Positions 31,179 to 39,604 of a stretch of DNA of 64,000 bases are shown here, in pieces (the first letter of the stretch is position 1; each line of letters begins with the position of its first letter). The notes under the pieces are model-generated. The model made no database searches and was not told the DNA's origin. It worked only from the letters and a program-made list of their open reading frames with translations. Source of the stretch: Candidatus Marinacidobacterales bacterium (GTDB taxonomy: Bacteria > Acidobacteriota > Vicinamibacteria > Marinacidobacterales > SMYC01). The stretch spans positions 576,001 to 640,000 of the forward strand of contig CBDCYI010000004.1 in the NCBI GenBank assembly GCA_965224085.1, in the 5' to 3' direction. A program made the position numbers and the translations under genes.

Positions 31179-32048
31179 TCAGTGCGCCGGTGGGTCGGCG
31201 ATGAGCAGATCGAGGGCACGGTCGAGCCGTAGCGTCAGCATCGTGCCACGATCGAGCTCGACGTTTTTTCCGTCCGTCGCCAAGACGGCGCCCGAGCCAC
31301 CCAGAATGATTCCGGCCACCGCACCTTTCTTACCGCCGAGCAAAGCACCGAGCACGGCACCTACTCCGGCGCCGACGCCCATTTTGGTCTTCTCATCGCC
31401 GAGACCGCTTTCCATCTTTTCGGAAGCGCCGACGACGGTGGCCGTCAGAGGATAGGCGTATCCATCGACCTCGATCCTCTCGAACGCGAGGACGAGCTTG
31501 GCGCTTCGATCGAGCCGTCCGTCCGGACGGTCGACTTGCTCCACGATGCCGTACAGAACCGAGCCTGCGGGGATCACGACATAAGCGTCGTCGGTCACGG
31601 CAACGTTCGTGATGGCGGTAAACGCATCCCCGGCTTGTGTGTAGCGGGTGCTCACGCTGTCCATGAGCCGTGCCGAAAGCTGCGAGCCAATGGCGAGCGA
31701 TCGCATACCGTCGTCTTCAGACAATTCGAGGTCGGTGCGAAGGCGCGCGAGCTCGCGAAAGACTTCATCGATCTCGTCGGTGCTCAGCCCGCTGCCTTCA
31801 CCAAAAGCCTCACGATGTTTCCTGGACTTCACTTTGAGGTAGACGACTTCCATACGGAGATCGTCGAGCCGCGCTCGAAAGGACTCGGGCGCCTCCACCG
31901 ACGCCTGAAGATCCTCGGTGAGAGCTTCGAGCTCGTTCTCGAGTCGTTCGAGCTCACTCGCGGAAGCTTCGTCCGCGTTCGCAGATACCGGACCGCCCAA
32001 AAGTAGAGAGCCGGCGAGCATCCATCCCATCATCGTTGCTCGAAGCAC
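31179..32048 (-). CDS. Secreted coiled-coil protein with TrbI/VirB10-like beta domain and glycine zipper
   Basis: AAGGAGG before GTG 32048; signal peptide; VIPAGSVLYG and GAGVGAVLGALLGGKKGA motifs. Confidence 0.6.
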   Translation of the reverse strand: MLRATMMGWMLAGSLLLGGPVSANADEASASELERLENELEALTEDLQASVEAPESFRARLDDLRMEVVYLKVKSRKHREAFGEGSGLSTDEIDEVFRELARLRTDLELSEDDGMRSLAIGSQLSARLMDSVSTRYTQAGDAFTAITNVAVTDDAYVVIPAGSVLYGIVEQVDRPDGRLDRSAKLVLAFERIEVDGYAYPLTATVVGASEKMESGLGDEKTKMGVGAGVGAVLGALLGGKKGAVAGIILGGSGAVLATDGKNVELDRGTMLTLRLDRALDLLIADPPAH

Positions 32049-32102
32049 GATAGAACCTCCTTGTGTATCCCGCACACTTCATGAGCTTCGATCGCAATCA
32101 AA

Positions 32103-32117
32103 GCAGGTTCTGTGCCA
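32103..32117 (-). promoter_or_regulatory. Sigma54 promoter
   Basis: TGGCAC-AGAAC-CTGC on the minus strand, about 55 nt before the start codon. Confidence 0.55.
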
Positions 32118-32184
32118 GGGATCACGCGTAGATCGCAACGACCACGACCTCCGATGGGGACAGTCGTGTCCTCTCCGGCGGGTG

Positions 32185-33909
32185 CTACTCCGTCGGTCCG
32201 CGATAGCCCGGACCGCGCAGCACCCTTCCCGGCCGCTCGTCGGTGATCTTTCCTTCCGAGACAACCGCGCGTCCGTTGACGAAGACGTATCTCACCCCGA
32301 CGGAATAATGCGTCGGGTCCTCGAAGGTCGCCACATCGCGAACGGTTGCCGGATCGAAGACGGTCATGTCGGCGGCCATCCCCGCGCGCAAGATACCGCG
32401 GTCCATGAGCTTCACGCGAGCCGCGGGGCGCGACGTCATTTTGCGGATGGCTTCTTCGAGAGTGAGAAGCCCCTCTTCCCTTACATACTTGCCGAGAATG
32501 CGGGGAAAGGTTCCCCAGGCACGCGGGTGGGATTTCGTCTCGGAGAGCGGTCCATCTTCCGCCCGTGCCGAGGAATCCGTATCGACAGACACGAGCGGGT
32601 GTTTGAGCGCGGTCCGAACATCGGCTTCATTCATGATGGAGATGATGCAGGAGCTCTCTCCGCCATCAGCAATCACCAGGTCCATGAGCGCATCGCGCGG
32701 GTCCTTTCCCATCTCGGTTCCGATCTGCGCCATCGTCTTGTCTTCATACTTCCGCAATTCCGGGTCCAACACCGAGCTCACCATGACCCCCTCGGCGCCG
32801 CCCGAACCGTACCACTGGTTCTCCCATTCGGTGACGTCGTCCGCCGCCATGTCGGTCTTGATCCGTTCGCGGATCGAAGCATCGTTCAAACGCGAAAGCA
32901 TCTCCTCGGTGCTACCCTCTCGGACCCAGACCGGAAGACAGGCATCGAGGCCGTTCGAAGCACGGATATAGGGATACTGGTTCGCGCTCACATCGAGGCC
33001 TCTTGCCCGCGCCGCCTCGAAACGCTCTAGCACTTCTCCCATCTTCCCCCAATTGGCTTTGTAGGCAGTCTTCAGATGCCAGACTTCGGCCGGGATGGCC
33101 GCTCGCTCGGCGATCTCGAACACCTCGTCGAGGGACTCGAAGATGAGGTTGCCTTCGGAGCGCTGATGGGTAATGTAGATGCCGCCATACTCGGCGGCCA
33201 CCGAGGCCATCGCCACCAGTTCGTCGGTGGAGTTGAATCGATCGGGCACGTATTGAAGCGAGGCGCTCAGCCCGAGCGCTCCCGCCTCCATGGCGCGAGC
33301 CACCATTCGCTTCATCTCGTCGAGCTCTTCGGGGCTTGCCCGTCGGTCCTCGCGGCCGATGACGAAGTCACGAATCCCGCCCGAACCTATGAACGTTGCA
33401 ATGTTGATGGCCGGCGGAGATTTTTTGAGGCGGCCAAAGTATTCTTCGAGCGTCCGAAAATCCTGCGCTACGCCATAGTGAGCGTAGCTTGGCTCGCTCG
33501 CTTCCATCATGCGATCGTTGACCGGAGCGATCGAGGCACCCTCACCGGTGACTTCCGTCGTGATGCCCTGGGTGATCTTGCTCGCCGCCCGGGAATCGAC
33601 GAGAACGTTGAACTCGGACTGGCCGAGCATATCGATGAAGCCTGGTGCTATGACGAGCCCGGCAGCGTCGATACGAGACTCGGCTTCTGCTTCGCTCAGA
33701 TCGCCAATGGCTTCGATGCGGTCCCCCATGACGCCCACGTCGGCTCGAAACCAGGGAGCCCCCGTGCCATCAACGACGCGGCCGCCGACCAGGATGACGT
33801 CGTAGGAAAGCTCGGGCTTTGGCCCATTGCCCGAGCAAGCGATGGAGCTCGTCGTCATAGCTGCGACAGCGGTGGTCGCACCGAGTATGAAGGAAGAGCG
33901 GATCGTCAT
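32185..33909 (-). CDS. N-acyl-D-amino-acid deacylase-family amidohydrolase (putative lipoprotein)
   Basis: VVDGTG, APGFID, QGITTEVTGE and HPRAWGTFPR motifs. Confidence 0.88.
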   Translation of the reverse strand: MTIRSSFILGATTAVAAMTTSSIACSGNGPKPELSYDVILVGGRVVDGTGAPWFRADVGVMGDRIEAIGDLSEAEAESRIDAAGLVIAPGFIDMLGQSEFNVLVDSRAASKITQGITTEVTGEGASIAPVNDRMMEASEPSYAHYGVAQDFRTLEEYFGRLKKSPPAINIATFIGSGGIRDFVIGREDRRASPEELDEMKRMVARAMEAGALGLSASLQYVPDRFNSTDELVAMASVAAEYGGIYITHQRSEGNLIFESLDEVFEIAERAAIPAEVWHLKTAYKANWGKMGEVLERFEAARARGLDVSANQYPYIRASNGLDACLPVWVREGSTEEMLSRLNDASIRERIKTDMAADDVTEWENQWYGSGGAEGVMVSSVLDPELRKYEDKTMAQIGTEMGKDPRDALMDLVIADGGESSCIISIMNEADVRTALKHPLVSVDTDSSARAEDGPLSETKSHPRAWGTFPRILGKYVREEGLLTLEEAIRKMTSRPAARVKLMDRGILRAGMAADMTVFDPATVRDVATFEDPTHYSVGVRYVFVNGRAVVSEGKITDERPGRVLRGPGYRGPTE

Positions 33910-33981
33910 GGGAGCCTCCCGGGAATGAGCGTGCGACGCTCATCGACGTGAAAAACTATACCACCGCGCGCTCGTCAAGAC

Positions 33982-35256
33982 TCACGTAAGAGCGCGCTCT
34001 AGATCCACGCGCATCTGCGTCGACGGCTCCGCGAAATCGAGCTCGAGGTAGAACTCGACGCGATCGATGAGCTCACCCAACAAGACGAAGGCGATGGCGA
34101 GCGGGTAATGTGTGTAGGCCACGACCGGGAGGACAAAGCCGAAGGCTATCCTCGAAAAGAAAAGCGTCTTGCTTTCGAGAGGGTAGCGGTGGTGTCGTCG
34201 AAAATACAGGAATAACTTCAAAAGCCAGACGGGCGCAGCGAGCCAGAGCCAGTGCGCGAAAACGCCCGTCAGGAATAGACCCGTGAGAAGTACGCCAGCG
34301 CTATGAAGCTCCCCGCGCCGCCGGTTCGACGAGAGTCGATAGACCTCGTCCATCGCGAAAAGCGTCGCGAATCCGACTGCCGCCGTGAGCGGACGCGCGC
34401 TCGCCAGGAGCGAAAGGCCGATAAAGGCCGGGAACAACAAAATTTCTCGGCTGAGCCACGAGCGCCTCCAGTTGAGGATCGCCCGGTAGGCTCGAGCCGG
34501 TTTTCCGAGGTGAGCGGCAGAGAGCCCCATGGCGATGAGACCCATGACGGGAACGAGCAGCGGCGGCGCCGCGGCTGACGCGACGAGCGCCACGAGGATC
34601 GGCACGATCGTTGTGAAGACGAGGAGCGACCATTCCGAGCGCAGGGAGATCCTGCGGGTGTGAGGGGCGCGCCCGCAATCGCAGGGACCTGCCCCGCGAA
34701 AGCGGGTGCCTGCCCCGCGAAAGCGGGCGTACGCAAGCGTCGCAACGGTTTGATATGGATCGCGGGCTCGATGTGATCGTGATAGAAACCGGGAACGGGC
34801 GCCGGCTCTTTTTGGGCCGCGAATTCTCCGAAACGAAGCGCGCCGGTCGGGCAGCTCGTCGTGCATGCTGGCGCGAGCTCGGCGGCGAGGCGATGCGAGC
34901 AGAAGGTGCACTTCTGCATGATTCCCTGGCTTCGGTTGAACTGGGGCGCATCATATGGGCAGGCCCACGAGCAGTATTTACACCCGATGCAGCGCTCGGG
35001 GTCGATGGTAACGGCACCGGTCACGGGATGCTTGTCGTAGGCGAGTGCGGGGCAGTTTTTCTCGCAGGGCGCGTCGAGGCAATGGTTGCAAGCAAGCGAA
35101 AGGTGGAACTGCGGAAGCTCGGGAACACGAGCCTCGTTGAACGTCCGCACGCGCCGCCAGCTCATGCCCTCTTCGAGCTCGTTCTCGATCTCGCAGGCGA
35201 TGGCGCAGGTTGCAACCCGTGCAGCGGTCGAGCGTGAGGTGAAAGGCTTTTGGCAA
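33982..35256 (-). CDS. DmsB-like 4Fe-4S subunit plus DmsC-like membrane anchor; two frame breaks (about 35210 and 34650)
   Basis: CTGC..C...C, CNHCLDAPC, CIGCKYCSWACP and KCTFC motifs, then EWSLLVFT, HLGKP.RA.RA.LNWRRSWLSRE and GELIDR. Confidence 0.8.
34688..34729. repeat. Tandem 21-bp palindromic units, each a CCCGC-GAAA-GCGGG hairpin, in-frame in the CDS
   Basis: CCTGCCCCGCGAAAGCGGGTG followed by CCTGCCCCGCGAAAGCGGGCG; encodes PAFAGQA-PAFAGQV. Confidence 0.85.
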
Positions 35257-35262
35257 CGACGC

Positions 35263-37305
35263 CTACGCCTTCACTTTTCCGACATCCACGCGCGTTTCAT
35301 GAAAAGCGGCGCCGTAGCCCATGTCCGTCTCGAGCGCAGGCGACAAGAAATTGACTGTCCCTCCGTCCCGAATCCACCAGCCGTTATGGGCTGCGACCGA
35401 ACCTATCCGGATACCCGCATCCAGGTGCGCGGGCAGAACGATCTCGCCGCGGTCGTTGAAGACGCGTACCTGGTCCGAGGCCACGATACCTCGCTCGGCC
35501 GCGTCGGCAGGATGGAGGCTCAGGCGAGGCGGCGCCGCGTGGCGTCGGATCGACCGCAAGTTGTGAAATTGCGAATGGATCGCGTTTTTGGTGTTGGGCG
35601 TCATCATGTAAAGGGGGTAGCGCGTCTCGGACGACACCGCCGGCTCGCGGAATACAGGCAATAGGTCGACCTGCCACCGATTCTGGGCCTCGGTCGAGAG
35701 GAGCTCGATCCGGCCCGACGCGGTCGAGAAGCGCCTATCGGAAAAGGCGACCTCCTCGTGGTCGGGAGAGCGGATGGGGCCCTCCTTCAGTTTTTCGAGC
35801 GTCAGGTCGCGGAAGGGCGCGAGACGCTTGTCGAGGTAGGCCTCGATGTCCTCATCCGAAGGCCCCGGTAGTCGTTGTGCGATGGCCGCCTCCGGGAAGC
35901 CCAAACGCTCGGCGAGCAGACGATAAACTTCCGTTTCCGGCTTTACTTCTCCGGGCGGCTCGATCACTTTCTGTTTGATCTGAATGTAGTCGTGCCAATA
36001 GGCGTTGATGACATCGCTCTGTTCGAACATGGTTTTCGCGGGAAGCACGATGTCGGCTTCGCGCGCCGTGTCCGTCATGAACTGCTCGACGACCACCCGA
36101 AAATCGAGAGCGCGAAAAGCCTCGAGAACTTCGTGCGTGTTCGGATTCTGGGTGACCGGATTCCCACGCTCGACCCAGGCAACCTCGAGAGGAGGATCGC
36201 GCTGCGCGAGCATCTGCCGCCCGAGAAGCGCTGTCGAGACCGAGACGCGCACGACACCGTCCGGCTCAGACGGCGGGTAGAAGCCGACGGGGTCTTTGAC
36301 TGCGCCGAAGATATGGCTCGTCAAGTTGGCGAAAACCCACCCCGCGCCCGGTTTGCCGATATTTCCGGTGATGGCCAGAAGTGCGATGATGGCGCGCATC
36401 GTTTGGCCGCTATTCGCATAGCGCTGCATCCCGTAGCCGGCGTTGATGGTAACCGGAGACTGAGCGCCGATGAGATCCGCGAGCCGCTCGACATCCTCTC
36501 GAGACACGCCCGTGATCGCGGCCACGCGCTCCGGCGGGTAATCCTCGATCATTTCGCGATAGGCGTCGAATCCCAGCACGTGACTCGCAATGAAAGCGTC
36601 ATCGATATGTCCCTTCCGGACGAGGAGATGGGCGAGCCCGAGCGCCAGTGCACCGTCCGTCCCCGGGCGTGGCTGGATGAGCAAATCGGCGCGCTCGGCG
36701 GTATCGGTGCGACGAGGGTCGATGACCACCAAGCTACCCCCTGCGTCGAGTGCGTCGTTGATGAAGACGGTTTGATGGATATTGGTCTCCGCCGGATTCT
36801 TCCCCCACATCACGATGAGCTTGGCGCGCGCGAGGTCCGTTGGATCCGAGTGCTTGTTCTCTCCCAATGTGAGCCGCGTCGCTTCGAGGCCCGCGGGCCA
36901 GCAGAGATCGCCATACGTTGTCGTATAGCCGCCGAAGAGCCGCCAGAAATCGTGCGACACCTGGTTGAGAAGCCCCTTCGTGCCGCTCGCCGCGTAGAAG
37001 AAGACACTCTGAGGGCCTAACGCGTCGCGGGCCCGTTCGAGCTTCCAAGCGATGGTGTCGAGGGCCTCGTCCCAGCTGATGCGCGCGTGCCCGGACGTGC
37101 CGGGCCGGCGCCGCAGCGGATGGAGCAGCCGGTCGGGTGCGTTCGCCCGATCGACATAGCTCAAGCCTTTGAGGCACACACCTTCGGGCGTGGCGAGATT
37201 GCCGGTATGAGGCTCGAGGCGAACGACGCGGCCGTGCTCGACGTGAACCCGAGCCGTGCAAGTGCTGTAGCAATTGCGCGGACAGGCCGTGGTGAAGACA
37301 GGCAT
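35263..37305 (-). CDS. Molybdopterin (DMSO reductase family) oxidoreductase catalytic subunit, no Tat signal
   Basis: CPRNCYSTC...CLKG FS0 motif, WGKNPAET, DIVLPA and HSQF. Confidence 0.9.
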   Translation of the reverse strand: MPVFTTACPRNCYSTCTARVHVEHGRVVRLEPHTGNLATPEGVCLKGLSYVDRANAPDRLLHPLRRRPGTSGHARISWDEALDTIAWKLERARDALGPQSVFFYAASGTKGLLNQVSHDFWRLFGGYTTTYGDLCWPAGLEATRLTLGENKHSDPTDLARAKLIVMWGKNPAETNIHQTVFINDALDAGGSLVVIDPRRTDTAERADLLIQPRPGTDGALALGLAHLLVRKGHIDDAFIASHVLGFDAYREMIEDYPPERVAAITGVSREDVERLADLIGAQSPVTINAGYGMQRYANSGQTMRAIIALLAITGNIGKPGAGWVFANLTSHIFGAVKDPVGFYPPSEPDGVVRVSVSTALLGRQMLAQRDPPLEVAWVERGNPVTQNPNTHEVLEAFRALDFRVVVEQFMTDTAREADIVLPAKTMFEQSDVINAYWHDYIQIKQKVIEPPGEVKPETEVYRLLAERLGFPEAAIAQRLPGPSDEDIEAYLDKRLAPFRDLTLEKLKEGPIRSPDHEEVAFSDRRFSTASGRIELLSTEAQNRWQVDLLPVFREPAVSSETRYPLYMMTPNTKNAIHSQFHNLRSIRRHAAPPRLSLHPADAAERGIVASDQVRVFNDRGEIVLPAHLDAGIRIGSVAAHNGWWIRDGGTVNFLSPALETDMGYGAAFHETRVDVGKVKA

Positions 37306-37604
37306 CGTGCGCGATAGTAGCTGAAGCCCTCCGCGGTTCCAAGAGCAAGCAGGCGGCCCCGCGATTGGGTGCTGGCCAACACTTGCTGCGAATCATGTCG
37401 TTCGTGTTTGTTCTCCAGGAGGTCGTCGAGAATTAAGGAGTTTCTCGATCGGCTGGAAGGCGGAGGTCACTTCGAGCTTCCGACACGCCCACGTCCGCCG
37501 TTCCAAAGAGCCACGACGCCATCGATTTGCTGTGTGAGGGCCATTCCGATTACATTGACTCTTTGGTCCCGGTCAGGATCGTTCTTCGAAAGGAGGCAGA
37601 AACC

Positions 37605-38273
37605 TTGCGTAAACTCTTCGCTTCTATGATTTTGTTCGTTTTTTGCGCGGCCGCCGCGTCTGGGGCCGAATCGATGCGTGTCGGGATCGTTGTCTTCGAT
37701 GGATTCTTGACGAGCGAAGTGACGGCGCCGGTAGAAGTTTTCGCCAAAGCGAGCGCTAAAGGCGATATCCGATTCGACGTGGTGACCATCGCTTCTCGCG
37801 AGAAGATCGTCGCGAGCGAAGAGGGGCTTCGCCTCATGCCGGATCATGATTTTTCGAGCGCGCCCGAGCTCGACATCTTGATCGTGCCGAGCTCTCTCGA
37901 CGTCGACGGCGTTTTGGCGAATGCGCCTCTCGTGGCATTTGTCCGGGATCGTGGAAGCCGCGCTCGCTGGCTCGCCAGCAACTGCGCCGGCGCATTCCTT
38001 CTCGGCCAAGCGGGCCTTCTAAAAGACCGCACGGTAACCACCTATGTCGGGGGCTGGGATGACCTGCGCGAGCGATTCCCCGAGGCCAACGTCGTCGAAG
38101 AGCACGTCGTCGTCGAAGGGAATCTGGTCAGCTCCATCGGAGGCGTCACGAGCTACGATGCCGGCCTCACCTTACTTGGCGAAATCACGAACCGGAAGCT
38201 CACCGACACCGTCGCCGAAGCACTCTATTATTTTCCCTGGCTTCACCGGAAGACGAGCCAGAACAGCGAGTAG
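37605..38273 (+). CDS. Secreted DJ-1/PfpI-family protein
   Basis: AGGAGG before TTG; signal peptide; SNCAGAFLLG motif. Confidence 0.82.
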   Translation: MRKLFASMILFVFCAAAASGAESMRVGIVVFDGFLTSEVTAPVEVFAKASAKGDIRFDVVTIASREKIVASEEGLRLMPDHDFSSAPELDILIVPSSLDVDGVLANAPLVAFVRDRGSRARWLASNCAGAFLLGQAGLLKDRTVTTYVGGWDDLRERFPEANVVEEHVVVEGNLVSSIGGVTSYDAGLTLLGEITNRKLTDTVAEALYYFPWLHRKTSQNSE

Positions 38274-38405
38274 GCTGAATCGAGGTGCGGCGCTTGGCGC
38301 ACCAAGAAAGCGTCATTTCACGCTACGCAACCGGCCAAGGATCTCCGCAGCCCGCGCTCGAGGAGCGGCCGAGCCTTGAGCACTCTAGAGATGGCGAGTT
38401 TCCGG

Positions 38406-38420
38406 TGGCACGTCGCTTGC
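38406..38420 (+). promoter_or_regulatory. Sigma54 promoter, consensus match
   Basis: TGGCAC-GTCGC-TTGC, 43 nt before the ytxH-like ATG. Confidence 0.75.
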
Positions 38421-38463
38421 TAGCCAACTACAATGGGGGTTCTCTCTATCAAAGGAGGTAGTA

Positions 38464-38781
38464 ATGGCGAACGATAACAACGGTGCCAATTTTCTAGTGG
38501 GGTTTTTCGTCGGCGCTGCCATGGGCGTCATGGGGGCACTTCTTCTGGCCCCGAAGTCGGGCCGCGAGCTTCGCGACGAGCTTGTGGATGAGGGCCGCAA
38601 ATTGCGGGACCGGGCCACGGATGAAAGTCGGCGCGTTCGCGAGCGTTCCAGCGAAGTTGCCGGCGATCTGCGCGATCGGGGTGAGGCAGCTTACGAAAAA
38701 GGCCGCGAAGGTCTGAGCGAGACCAAGGACGCGGCAAGGAAAACAGTGCAAGGGGTCAAGGAAGTACTGACGCGAAGCTGA
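38464..38781 (+). CDS. YtxH-domain protein
   Basis: FLVGFFVGAA.G...ALLLAPKSGRELR motif; AAGGAGG Shine-Dalgarno. Confidence 0.88.
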   Translation: MANDNNGANFLVGFFVGAAMGVMGALLLAPKSGRELRDELVDEGRKLRDRATDESRRVRERSSEVAGDLRDRGEAAYEKGREGLSETKDAARKTVQGVKEVLTRS

Positions 38782-39167
38782 TGGCGACGGTACCCCACGA
38801 AGAGTCGCATCACGAAAGCTACGTCGCGAGCGAAGAGGGGTCTTCGAAAGAACGCCCGTCGACGCTCAGCCTCTTCCGCAACGTGGTCCTGGACCTGACG
38901 CAAGTCGTCGAGGACAGCATGGAGCTCGTTGGTGCGTCCGTGCGCGAAGAGCTCGCCGAGTTTCGCGTTGAAATGGCGCGCCAGCTCCTGTGGCTCGTCG
39001 CCGTCGTTATCGGGGGCGTGCTCGCGACGGCCGGCCTCGCCATGCTGGTACAACAGTGGATCGGATACTGGCCGGGCACGCTCCTGATCTTTGGCGGGGT
39101 CTATCTCTCCTTCGCCGCCGGTATTTACTGGGGTCGCTCGAAGTCGGAGCCGGGCGATTGGAAATGA
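38781..39167 (+). CDS. Holin-X/YqjE-like two-TM protein
   Basis: Amphipathic N-helix (REELAEFRVE) and two TM segments; typical ytxH neighbour. Confidence 0.65.
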   Translation: MATVPHEESHHESYVASEEGSSKERPSTLSLFRNVVLDLTQVVEDSMELVGASVREELAEFRVEMARQLLWLVAVVIGGVLATAGLAMLVQQWIGYWPGTLLIFGGVYLSFAAGIYWGRSKSEPGDWK

Positions 39168-39493
39168 GACCCGACAAGCGCTCGACACGCCACATTAGAA
39201 AGTCGCTCCATGATACGCGCGAGCGGCTCGATCGAGATTTGGCAGCGCTCCAGGGCCGCGCCGAGGAAAGCGTGACGCCGAGCAACATTCTCGCGCGCCA
39301 TCCGGCCTTGATGACGGTCGCAGGCGCCGTCGTGGGGCTAGTGCTCGTCCGTAACCCCGCTATCGTCACGCGCACGTTGACGCGCGTCGCGCAAGCGAGC
39401 ACGCCGTTTCTCATGCGTGCGCTTTTTCAAGGAGTCAGTTCAATCCTCGGCAAAATATCTGCGGGAGCCGGCGCGCCGTCCGAACCCGGCTAG
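39164..39493 (+). CDS. DUF3618-like protein
   Basis: IRKSLHDTRERLDRDLAAL...HP motif plus a TM segment. Confidence 0.6.
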   Translation: MRPDKRSTRHIRKSLHDTRERLDRDLAALQGRAEESVTPSNILARHPALMTVAGAVVGLVLVRNPAIVTRTLTRVAQASTPFLMRALFQGVSSILGKISAGAGAPSEPG

Positions 39494-39604
39494 GAGGAGC
39501 TCCGCGATAGCCGGGTTTCAGCGAGATCGTTCTCGACGAGCACTAGCGTCCCACCAGTCAGGATCGGGGATTCCATTCACGTTTTAGAGTAGGTTTACCT
39601 AGAG

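Noticed and set aside
31156-31184. TGTCA short tandem repeats between convergent genes
   Set aside because: About five imperfect 5-6-bp units downstream of both genes. There are no spacers, so it is not a CRISPR array, and the position is not regulatory.
38781-39167. Holin-like gene as evidence of a prophage
   Set aside because: The context is the common ytxH/holin-X/DUF3618 membrane cluster, and no phage genes are nearby.
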